A stretch of DNA of 64,000 nt from Haliotis rubra (lineage: Eukaryota), in the NCBI RefSeq assembly GCF_003918875.1, contig NW_025766447.1, forward strand, positions 2,418,001 to 2,482,000, read 5' to 3'. The position numbers and the translations under genes were made by a program. Within the stretch, counting starts at the first letter, position 1. Each line of letters begins with the position of its first letter. Positions 53,201 through 64,000 of the stretch are shown one piece after another. Below the pieces are notes generated by a model, which was given only the letters and a program-made list of their open reading frames with translations, ran no database searches and had not been told where the DNA came from.

Positions 53201-54799
53201 CAGTAATTTCATTTATCTCTAGTTTTTGTAGGTATGTGATTCTGCCTTTGGACAGGGAATTTTGACATGTGCTTTGAGATACGTCTTGGTTAGTATTCGT
53301 GATTCAAGGAAGTTAAGATGCAAGTCGGGAAACAGTGGGGCGGGTGGTTGGCACCTTGACTGCAAGCAGCTACAGTTATTAGGGTCAAGTATTACCTGAA
53401 GGGAGGCAATCACCCATCTCCGGGAACGCTCGAAGATCTCATCTGAGGACATGTTGGGATGGTATTTCCTTATATGGTCAGCACGGTAGTTATGGTAACG
53501 GAAAAACAGCACGCCAAGGGCGAGAATTCCGGGATTTTCGTACACATGGGTGTCACCGAGTCCTGGAAAAATGGAAATAATGTATCGTTTAATATCGAGG
53601 CTTCGGTACCATATGTTTTGTACTAATCACCAGAAGTACTGAACTGCCTTCCAGAAATATTTTCTGTTCAGTAACCAAGCACAATGTTTCTTGCTCGTGA
53701 CCTTTAGTAAGAAAAAGGCCATTGTTAAAAAATGTACTTAAAAAACCCATTAAAAACTCCAAAATGATCAAAGACTGAATTTAATACAGAACGGTGTTGG
53801 AAGAAAACGTGTAACACTTAAATTTAAAAATATGTAAAAAATATTAGTTTCTTAAAATATCTTCATTATGATCATATAATATAACGAATTGGAAGCACAT
53901 GCGCTTGTGAAGAATGACAGTGGATTTTGTGGTCGCCAACAATCTTAAATGACCATTGAAAGGAAAGAAGTGGGATTTCTAAATTAACGATATTTAATGT
54001 AGAGCGTAATACCTACACGACTTGTCGTGCATTGATTCACTCGACTAAGGAAACTATGAGGTTCTCAGTGGTGATTTGAGGGAGTCGGTCTCACTCCTCT
54101 GGTAGCGCATGGCCAAGTTCAGTCAACGAGGTCGGCAGCCTGTGCTGTGAACACACACGCCTCCCCATCATGGTCACGACATGTTCACTGGGGTAAAAAC
54201 CTTGGCACATTGCTGACCATGACACTGTGTGGATGGTGTGTTGCTGGTGGTGATTCGTGCACGGTTTTTCGTTCGGAAAGATGAACGTCGACCACCACGC
54301 CTTGCAAACGGGCAACAAAGGGTGTCAGTGTGTTGTTGCTATAATATGTCTAGTAACCCGTTCTTGCGCAATATGGAGTTGGGTTGACCTAGTCATAGAG
54401 ATGTCACCCGAAACCATAACCGGTCCAGTGCCAAAGTGGCCATGGGATCTCAGTTTGACCCCGCCATCAGCACTTACTCCACAGTTCCTCGGGATTGATC
54501 ATCTTCTGATGGCAGTCGGGGTACATCTTGAAGGGAAGTCGGATGTCGTTTAGTTTCGGGTAGCGTCCCCAGTTGTCCTGGCAAGCCAGCTTGCCGGAGT
54601 CGTGCTCTCGGAGGTAGCCGGTGCGGACCACGGAACTGCCGTACACGAAGCTGCCGTCGATATAGCTGGACGCCTTGTTGATCTGCAGAGGGAAGAATCA
54701 TGACTAGAGATAGTTGTGTATAACGATCTCAGCGCTAAGACTTAGGTATACTCCCATTATATAACAGGGATATTAATTATAGGAAAAATGATGATGATA

Positions 54800-54846
<47 letters not shown>

Positions 54847-57800
54847 GAAGACGATGCGCTAAATTCCATTCACCAAGTAATGTTCATAGCATCACCTCAA
54901 TTATAACACGTGTCGATGGATTTGTTTTTTATTACTAGCCCGTCGGGGGAGTATACATGTATCCATAGGGTTTCATTACCATACATCATCCGACTGCATC
55001 AATTTCTAATACATCACAGGTGTAAGGGCATATCAAAGTATATCGAATATATTTTCATTTAATGAGCAGTGAGACCAAGACAGGGTTAAGTTGTATCGAA
55101 CCTGTTTTCGTGGGTTGTTAGGCGAATGGCCTGAATTTCGAGCATAGGCAATCCGCTCATAAGGCATGGACTTATCTCCCTTGCTATCGGGGTCAAAGTC
55201 GGGGTCACCGCGCGGGACGGGTACTTCAATGATCTCGACTGGACAAGTGACGTCGTCGGTGTCCGAGATCTCTCGCTGTACAAGCTGACCTGTAAGAACA
55301 AGTAACATATATGTTTGTTTTACAACTGTTGTATTCGCTGAAACTGGAGAGTGAGTGAGTGCGTGAGACTTGAACTCCACAAACACTAGTTACACCAATG
55401 ATATTTTTAACACACTGTAACCGGGAAAACGGAGACGTATACAACGTGTCGTATCACATATCGCAATGTCCTGGTTGAAATTGTTTCACAATAGTATAAT
55501 CTATCATCACTGACGTCAGACAATGCAGTCTATCCGTTTAATTGTTCGTTTAAAAAATCTCTTGTTTTCAATTATTAGGTCTACAGTTTCTTATTCAAAC
55601 AATGTAGGTTCGGCGGCGATTAATTGTTGACAGGAAAAATGCTATCAAAGCCTATAAAGAATAATTAGGTGTATATCAAAGGCACCTTTCTTCTCCCTCG
55701 TCACTCAAAATGTCAATTATACCGATTGACAGCTTCCCACATCACTGTAAGTAGTCATGATTCGAGACAAAGCTGGATTGTTTAAAACTGACATGGATCA
55801 CGTGCAGTGTTGGCTGTACACGACGCAAAGAGAGGGACGTTGATCGTGAATATGTTCCGTGCCAAGCACTATCTACACCCCTCCACCCCAAACGCACTTT
55901 CTCCCCCCTTCGGCTCCCAGACACATACATACATAAAAAGATTAAAATCACCCCTAATAACGATATAACGTGTAAGAAATCAATTACGTTCACACAGTAT
56001 GCCATTTCGTAATGAGTACATTACACCTACAAGCCCACACATGACAGGACATGACATTTTTTAAAGGTATTTTAGAAGTTGGACGAACATGAATACATGA
56101 CACGTTTATGGATAGCATTCATCTGATGAAGGAGCAAGAATTAGCTCGGAAACGTCGTATAAAGAATTTTTTTTTAAAAAGAAGAAAAAGAAGTTGTTAT
56201 CCATAAAAAGTGGGTATTCATGACAGGATATGGTTATGAACGGCCAACTCTTCCTACCATGTAGACAGTATGACACCCCCACCTCTATACAAGGTGAGTT
56301 AATCCCACTGTATTGTAAACGTCAACGTGTTTATGGATGACAGGCGCAGCATACACTACATCCACATCCATATCATTAAACGCCAATGAAGATACACGGT
56401 TCATCACTCAGCCTAACGGCAAAGTAAGCTGCCGTTTTTATTCGAAGCACACAAATTTTATGAATATACTTTATCACGTGTCAAGTTGTGTCAGAAAACA
56501 ATTCCAACTTAATCCACTGTTCATATCAGTCATCTATCTTAGCCACTACCACTATAGACAGGAATGTGATCACAACTACCACTATGGACAGGAATGTGAT
56601 CACACAACTACCACTATGGACAGGAATGTGATCACACAACTACCACTATGGACAGGAATGTGATCACACAACTACCACTATGGACAGGAATGTGATCACA
56701 CAACTACCACTATGGACAGGAAAGTGATCACACAACTACCACTATGGACATAGGAATGTGATCATACAACTACCACTATATACATAGGAATGTGATCACA
56801 ACTACCACTATAGACATAGGAATGTGATCATACAACTACCACTATACACATAGGAATGTGATCACAACTACCACTATAGACATAGGAATGTGATCACACA
56901 ACTACCACTATAGACATAGGAATGTGATCATACAACTACCACTATAGACATAGGAATGTGATCACAACTACCACTATAGACATAGGAATGTGATCACACA
57001 ACTACCACTATAGACATAGGAATGTGATCACAACTACCACTATGGACAGGAATGTGATCACACAACTACCACTATGGACATAGGAATGTGATCATACAAC
57101 TACCACTATAGACTTAGGGATGTGATCACAACTACCACTATGGACAGGAATGTGATCACACAACTACCACTATGGACATAGGAATGTGATCACACAACTA
57201 CCACTATAGACATAGGAATGTGATCACACAACTACCACTATAGACATAGGAATGTGATCACACAACTACCACTATAGACATAGGAATGTGATCACAACTA
57301 CCACTATAGACATAGGAATGTGATCACACAACTACCACTATAGACATAGGAATGTGATCACACAACTACCACTATAGACATAGGAATGTGATCACAACTA
57401 ACTACCACTATAGACATAGGAATGTGATCACACAACTACCACTATAGACATAGGAATGTGATCACACAACTACCACTATAGACATAGGAATGTGATCACA
57501 CAACTACCACTATAGACATAGGAATGTGATCACACAACTACCACTATAGACATAGGAATGTGATCACAACTACCACTATAGATATAGTAATGTGATCACA
57601 CAACGGTCACTATAGACATAGGAATGTGATCACACAACTACAACTATACCCAGAGGAATGTGATCACACAACGGTCACTATAGACAGAGGAATATGATCA
57701 CACAACTACCACTATACCCACTGAGGAATGTGATCACACAACGGTCACTATAGACATAGGAATGTGATCATACAACTACCACTATACCCACAGAGGAATG

Positions 57801-60739
57801 TGATCACACAACGGTCACTATAGAAATAGGATTGAGATCAACAACTACCACTATAGAGATAGGAATGTGACCACACAACTACAACTATACCCAGAGGAAT
57901 GTGATCTCACAACTACAACTATACCCACAGAGGAATGTGATCTGACAATGGCCACCATACCCACAGAGGAATGTGATCTCACAACTACAACTATACCCAC
58001 AGAGGAATGTGATCACACAACTACAACTATACCCACAGAGGAATGAGATCTCACAACGGCCACTATACCCACAGAGGAATGTGATCTCAGAACTACAACT
58101 ATACCCACAGAGGAATGTGATCTGACAACGGCCACTATACCCACACAGGCATCAACCAACCATACCCACAGAGGAATGTGATCTGACAACTACCACTATA
58201 CCCACAGAGGAATGTGATCACACAACTACAACTATACAGAGGAATGTGATCTCACAACTACCACTATACCCACAGAGGAATGTGATCTCAGAACTACAAC
58301 TATACCCACAGAGGAATGTGATCACACAACTACAACTATACCCACAAAGGAATGTGATCTCACAACTACCACTATAGACATAGGAATGTGATCTCACAAC
58401 TACCACTATAGACATAGGAATGTGATCTCACAACTACCACTATACCCACAGAGGAATGTGATCTCACAACTACCACTATACCCACAGAGGAATGTGATCT
58501 CACAACTACCACTATACCCACAGAGGAATGTGATCTCACAACTACAACTATACCAACAGAGGAATGTGATCTCACAACTACAACTATACCCACAGAGGAA
58601 TGTGATCTCACAACTACAACTATACCACAGAGGAATGTGATCTCACAACTACAACTATACCCACAGAGGAATGTGATCAACAACTACCACTATACCCACA
58701 GAGGAATGTGATCTCACAACTACAACTATACCTACAGAGGAATGTGAATGTGATCTCACAACTACACTATACCCACAGGAATGTGATCTCACAACTACTA
58801 CTAACTATACCCACAGAGGAATGTGATCACACAACTACAACTATAGACAGAGGAATGTGATCACACAACTACCACTATACCAATAGAGGAATGTGATCTC
58901 ACAACTACAACAATAACTACAGAGGAATATCTCCAACTACACTAGGAATGTGATCACACAACTACAACTATACCCACAGAGGAATGTGATCTCACAACTA
59001 CAACTATACCCACAGGGAATGTGATCTCACAACTACCACTATACCCATAGAGGAATGTGATCACACAACTACCACAACTAATATACCCACAGAGGAATGT
59101 GATCACAACTACCACTATAGACATAGGAATGTGATCTCACAACTACCACTATACCCACAGAGGAATGTGATCTCACAACTACAACTATACCCACAGAGGA
59201 ATGTGATCTCACAACTACAACTATACCCACAGAGGAATGTGATCACACAACTACCACTATACCCACAGAGGAATGTGATCACACAACTACCACTATAGAC
59301 ATAGGAATGTGATCACACAACTACCACTATAGACATAGGAATGTGATCACACAACTACAACTATACAACAACAGAGGAATGTGATCATCACACAACTACA
59401 ACTATACCCACAGAGGAATGTGATCACACAACTACCACTATACCCACAGAGGAATGTGATCACACAACTACAACTATACCCATAGGAATGTGATCACAAC
59501 AACTACAACTATACCACATAGGAAATGTGATCACACAACTACCAGACTATACTACCACAGAGGAATGTGATCACACAACTACCACTATACCCATAGGAAT
59601 GTGATCACACAACTACAACTATACCCACAGAGGAATGTGATCTCACAACTACAACTATACCCACAGAGGAATGTGATCACACAACTACCACTATAGACAG
59701 AGGAATGTGATCACACAACTACCACTATAGACATAGGAATGTGATCACACAACTACCACTATATCACACAACTACATAGGAATGTGATCACACAACTACC
59801 ACTATAGACATAGGAATGTGATCAACAACTACCAATGTGATGTGATCACAACTACAACTATACCAACAGAGGAATGTGATCTCACAACTACAACTATAGC
59901 CACAGAGGAATGTGATCTCACAACTACAACTATACCCACAGAGGAATGTGATCACACAACTACCACTATACCCACAGAGGAATGTGATCACACAACGGCC
60001 ACCATAGACATAGGAATGTGATCACACAACTACTACTATAGACATAGAGTTGTGATCACACAACTACTACTATAGACATAGGAATGTGATCACACAACTA
60101 CTACTATAGACATAGGAATGTGATCACACAACTGCCACTATAGACATAGGAATGTGATCACACAACTACCACTATAGACATAGGAATGTGATCACACAAC
60201 TACTACTATAGACATAGGAATGTGGTCTCACAACTACCACTATAGAGATATAGGAATGTGATCTCACAGCTGCCACTATAGACATAGGAATGTGATCACA
60301 CAACTACCAATATAGACATAGGAATTGTGATCACACAACTACTACTATAGACATAGAAATGTGATCTCACAGCTGCCACTATAGACATGGGAATGTGATC
60401 TCACAGCTGACACTTTAGACATAGGAATGTGATCTCACAACTACCACTATAGACACAGGAATGTGATCTCACAGCTGCCACGTACTATACCCACTGTAGA
60501 ATGTGAGCACACAGCTACAACTATAGACATAGGAATGTGATATCACAACTACCACTCACATGAAACCATGCACCTACCAAAGAAAGCGAACAGCGCCGTC
60601 CTGTTGTAGAAGGAGGGGATGGCGGAGTCCCCCTTGAAGAGATCGTTGCTGAGGGAGCGAGGGTTGGGTCGTTCCTGACCAGACGGTATGTAGGTGAAGT
60701 CGCGGTAGCTGGATGTGATGTTCCTTGCCAGAGGCTGGT
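32209..60739 (-). CDS. DUOX: Dual oxidase (peroxidase-homology domain, TM, EF-hands, ferric reductase, FAD/NADPH domains); 5'-partial; one apparent frameshift near 46230
   Basis: 29 exons (minus): 60578-60739, 55102-55289, 54478-54682, 53396-53562, 52821-52881, 52272-52368, 52079-52139, 51438-51540, 51114-51286, 50152-50330, 49756-49874, 49275-49412, 48436-48564, 46188-46398, 44993-45178, 44553-44645, 43713-43848, 42133-42226, 41633-41808, 41456-41501, 41063-41304, 40016-40246, 39435-39575, 35894-36175, 34660-34889, 33830-33994, 33209-33364, 32751-32882, 32209-32331. Motifs: [48 protein letters not shown] loops [12 protein letters not shown] and [12 protein letters not shown], bis-His TM helices, [33 protein letters not shown]. 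The exon(s) for the signal peptide and DGWYNN motif were not found. Confidence 0.95.
33733..33829. repeat. 24-bp tandem repeat x4 starting at a DUOX donor
   Basis: CAGTATGTGTGGGTTGCTAGGTTA x4. Confidence 0.95.
34399..34660. repeat. 65-bp tandem repeat x4 containing copies of a DUOX exon end and donor
   Basis: TTCAGGAGTG at 34401, 34466, 34531 and 34596; homologous exon sequence TTCGGGAGCG at 34661. Confidence 0.95.
35636..35761. repeat. 42-bp tandem repeat x3
   Basis: AATATACACGAAGCAGACGATAGGAACACGGTGAGATGTAAT repeated. Confidence 0.9.
36390..39426. repeat. 40-bp minisatellite, about 75 copies
   Basis: GGTAATCTGTGTGAAACTA(G/T)GGTAAGATGTATG(G/T)ATGTAC; fills almost the whole DUOX intron. 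Confidence 0.97.
40780..41062. repeat. Degenerate ~36-bp tandem repeat
   Basis: Recurring CTCTCAAGCAACTGTGAATAC.GCTATTTAAGT.CA units ending at the donor of exon 41063. Confidence 0.75.
42440..43605. repeat. 61-bp minisatellite, about 19 copies
   Basis: TAAATACATGTAAACCGGATATACTGTTGACACGACCCTGAGGAGAACGACAGGTGTCATT. Confidence 0.97.
44413..44519. mobile_element. Short palindromic MITE (Harbinger-like, CAG TSD)
   Basis: GCCTAGATTTTCGAAGCTCTCTTAGCGCTAAGAT...ATCTTAGCGCTAAGAGAGTTTCGAAAATCTAGGC fold-back, CAG on both sides. Related degenerate copies near 35288-35366 and 54720-54760. Confidence 0.75.
46445..46686 (-). mobile_element. SINE-like element, family B
   Basis: Reverse complement of the 29408 element, with (GAGT)n tail at the left; TACTTCATCA occurs on both flanks. 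Confidence 0.85.
54020..54440 (-). mobile_element. Degenerate Tc1 transposase C-terminal fragment in a DUOX intron
   Basis: Translation includes VMVSGDIS and [15 protein letters not shown]...GRRV...[14 protein letters not shown], resembling the Tc1 VMVWG / WPA.SPDLNPIEHVW region. Confidence 0.65.
54788..54845. repeat. (GAT)n microsatellite
   Basis: Direct inspection. Confidence 0.95.
56545..60556. repeat. About 4-kb minisatellite with 32-36-bp units and two main subtypes
   Basis: ACAACTACCACTATAGACATAGGAATGTGATCAC (34 bp) and ACAACTAC(A/C)ACTATACCCACAGAGGAATGTGATCTC (36 bp). Confidence 0.97.
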
Positions 60740-60883
60740 CTGAAACACATCATGGATGCCATGTGTTACTGTCAACAATTCACGCCGACAGGGTTTAAAA
60801 ACATTTGTAGCTGACCGTCCCATGGCGTCGCATTTCCATATGATAAGATGGGGAATTAGTTCTTTTTCAATTTAAGTATAAGG

Positions 60884-61016
60884 NNNNNNNNNNNNNNNNN
60901 NNNNNNNNNNNNNNNNNNNNNNNNNNNNNNNNNNNNNNNNNNNNNNNNNNNNNNNNNNNNNNNNNNNNNNNNNNNNNNNNNNNNNNNNNNNNNNNNNNNN
61001 NNNNNNNNNNNNNNNN
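60884..61016. other. Assembly gap (N run)
   Basis: 133 Ns, just upstream of the first visible DUOX exon. Confidence 1.
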
Positions 61017-62801
61017 ATGATGATTATGATTTTTATGGAGAAACATGTACAATGTGAATGACACCCCACCTCACCCCACCTCCACCCCTCTAAAAACAAA
61101 ACGAACAAAGTAAGTACCAATTCTGTATGAGTAACCTGTGCTGAGAGTTGATAGTATTTAGCATTCCTGATTCTACGAATTCACTTTGGCGAATTCAACC
61201 TTCAGTTAGTGAGGGATCGAGTGACTTCACTGTTATATTACGTCATTCTCTGTAATATTCGAGCTGTATCCCGACAGATACCGTTATCGGTTTTGTTAAG
61301 ACGCTGAGAGCACATTATCAGCGCATTATTAAGCCATGCATTCGCCGAGTCTACAAAAATGAAACCGTGGGCTTAAGATAACAGTGCTGTAAGCGGGTTT
61401 GTAACATTAAGTAGAGTATCTCGGTACACTCCACGGATTATACCGGGCAACACCCTCGGGCAGACTGTTCAAAATACCGTACTATCTATAATACCCACGC
61501 GACATACTAGGAATGTGATCAAACCCCCGATACCTCAACATACAAAAATACCCAGTCACGATCCCCAGAAACAGATTTTATTGGGTGTAAACGGTAAGAT
61601 AACTGATACAATTATATGAATGGACCAGTGAAATCAGCAATGACACAAGATTTCACCCGGTGAAATGTGAGGACATTGTCAGGAATCCAAGTACCAACGT
61701 ATGCCGACATTTTGACAAAGACGTTTTTAAAGAAATAATTCCGCATAAAAATGTAGCTACAACTAATTATCACCGATGTCACATTAAGTAGGAATATATG
61801 TGAAAATCTTTCTTAAATGTTGCAGTGGTCATCCTTGATGCATATACCGTTATTGGGGTTACTTAAACAGCTTATAATACCTTTCTATGTGGTTTATTGT
61901 GATATATTCACTGACACCGCGATAATGAAGCCAGAGGCTGGAGTTAACAGGGCTGTCAGCGCCTCTTTAACATTAAGTAGGCTATCTCGCTCGTTTCTAT
62001 TCAGCTAATAGCCAATATACCCGCACAATACCCCGGGGCATGTCGCACATATAGAGCCCTATCAAGTCGACACTCTGATGGTAGCACTCAATGTGTGATG
62101 CAGTTCGTATGAGAAGCCGAGCCTAATATCACCTATATTTTCTCTTAGGGTTATGTCCTAGTGATTATCTGATGTTTATCTACAAATGTTGACTTTCCCG
62201 AGTCGCGCCTGGTACCAGTTGCCGCGAACATAATTATCACCTACTTCTTCCATTGTCTCACTCACTCACTCAGAAAAAAATGCTGAATCGGTAATTTGGA
62301 TTTTTATACGGGATCTTCAGATCCAGTTATATAATACGTCAGTAGAGTTTGAAAAAAATAATTGAATTCGTGCCAAATCCTAAGAAGCTCAATGGTAGAC
62401 TGTGCGGATTAGAAAAACGAGCGCATCATGTTTTTGTATAACATTTATTGTACGTACTGACGTGGCAGACCCACGTGTAGGTATATAAACAAAACCAAAA
62501 AGGATTTGTAAGTGACGCGGTTCTTATCTACACTTAGGAACACTGACTAACGGAACTATGCGAAATGAGGTGTTGATCGACACATATTGCTCGTCTCATA
62601 AAGCTCACACGTCATTGTTATCATGTACAGACATGCGCCTTGGTTACATACATACTTTAGTGTGGGGACAGATTTAGGTTCCCGAAACATTGGCTGGGGG
62701 ACTGAATGGGACGATGTTCTGCCTGGTGACGTGGTCAATTGTGTGGGATATTGATCATAATGCCAGTCACTAGTCTGTCCGGTCTCGGTTATATGCTGGT
62801 C

Positions 62802-63049
62802 GACCCGTGAAGGTCCGGGTTAGGACTGATCTTCAGTAACCCAGGCTTGTCGTAAGAGGCGACTAACGGGGTCGGGTGGTCAGGTACGCTGACTTGGTTG
62901 ACACATGTCATCGGTTCCCAGTTGCGTAGATCGATGCTCATGCTGTTGATCACTGGATTGTCTGGTCCAGACTCGATTATGTACAGACCGCCGCCATATA
63001 GCTGGAATATTGCTGAGTGCGGCATAAAACTAAACCCATTCACTCACTC
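62802..63049 (+). mobile_element. SINE-like element, family B
   Basis: Near-identical to 29408-29641; flanked by a TATGCTGGT direct repeat. Confidence 0.85.
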
Positions 63050-64000
63050 TATGCTGGTTGCCTTCGTGTAGCTGTAACATTGCTGGATCTGGCTTTACAC
63101 AACTAAATAACTCAATCATGTACACGTGCTATAAACAACGGTTATCACATAGAAAAGGTATACATCAAGTAGTAGGGACAAAACGTTCGTTATATCCGTC
63201 TGTTCGTTATAAACGTAGTTTGCTGTATGTTCGTCTATTTATACCATACATCATTGTTAGCATACACAGACAGGAGTAGAGGGTCACGTGTTACACCAGA
63301 TATAATTTAAGGATAAAGAAACTGTAACAGAATGCTACACGCCCAGCGTAAATAGTGATGAATGATGACTGTTCAATTGTTTATTCTTAGAATAAGGACA
63401 TAAAACTGATAACATTACTACATGGACCCAAAACAAAATTTAGACATACTAAATATCAATTGATTAGCTAACCATGGCAAACTGTACAAGCCGGGGGATA
63501 TATTTGTCTTGCTTAACTATCAGAAAAGAATATAATCTTGTCAAATACATTGTACAACCAATGTTCAGATACGAAGGGTTATTTATTTGTTAAACACATG
63601 TATTCAAATCTTAAATTAGAATATGTTTTCCTAACACTACTGTCTGACATAAACGGCTTTTGAAAAATGTATTCCTTGAAATTAAGATATCAATCTATAT
63701 ATCAACTTTAGAATGTATTCCATTCACATAATCATCCTGTTGATAGTCTAATTCTAGAAAGATGTATATTTGTAACTGGTCTGTGATCTCAGTTAAACAT
63801 ATTTCCATACGGACATAGCAGGTTGTGTACACAACGCCAACGAAGAACCGATCTTGAATATGAAAGCGAGCGAGTGCGATCAGATACTTCAACTTGTGCA
63901 TTCGGAACACAACTAACGTGGATTAGAGAGAAAAAAAACACTCGGTGCGCCGCGTCCATAAACGGCAACAAGGACGCGGAAGTAGTGTTGGAGGCAAATA

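Noticed and set aside
55742-56005. 87-aa ORF with a hydrophobic N-terminus as an alternative DUOX first exon
   Set aside because: No DUOX homology, no convincing donor, and the flanking exons join in phase without it.
36390-60556. Tandem arrays as CRISPR-like loci
   Set aside because: No unique spacers and no cas genes; these are eukaryotic intronic minisatellites.
32209-60739. Calling DUOX a pseudogene
   Set aside because: Only one lesion was seen, in a homopolymer; splice sites and oxidase motifs are otherwise intact.
63695-63971. Minus-strand ORFs as the DUOX signal-peptide exon
   Set aside because: No clear signal peptide or DGWYNN motif.

Overview
Eukaryotic (metazoan) genomic DNA, intron-rich and repeat-dense. 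The SINE/MITE complement resembles that of a gastropod mollusc such as abalone (inference only). Three spliced protein-coding genes were reconstructed by hand with GT-AG junctions and consistent phases. (1) MRPL45 on the minus strand: 8 exons, 345 aa. (2) BZW/5MP (eIF5-mimic) on the plus strand: 12 coding exons, 420 aa, head-to-head with MRPL45, with its start AUG in a poor UUU-AUG context. (3) A dual oxidase (DUOX) on the minus strand: 29 visible exons, about 1475 codons, 5' exon(s) not found. DUOX carries a 1-bp frameshift in one exon and a remodelled peroxidase-domain heme pocket. Introns and intergenic DNA hold three SINE families, Tc1 transposase relics, hAT- and Harbinger-type MITEs, a Helentron-associated-type element, Penelope-like fragments with hammerhead-like motifs, several minisatellites (many starting right at DUOX splice donors) and two N gaps. 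I found no clearly new multi-gene system. The strongest leads are a SINE inserted inside a BZW 3' splice site, the DUOX frameshift and heme-pocket swap, the BZW start-codon context, and the donor-anchored minisatellites.
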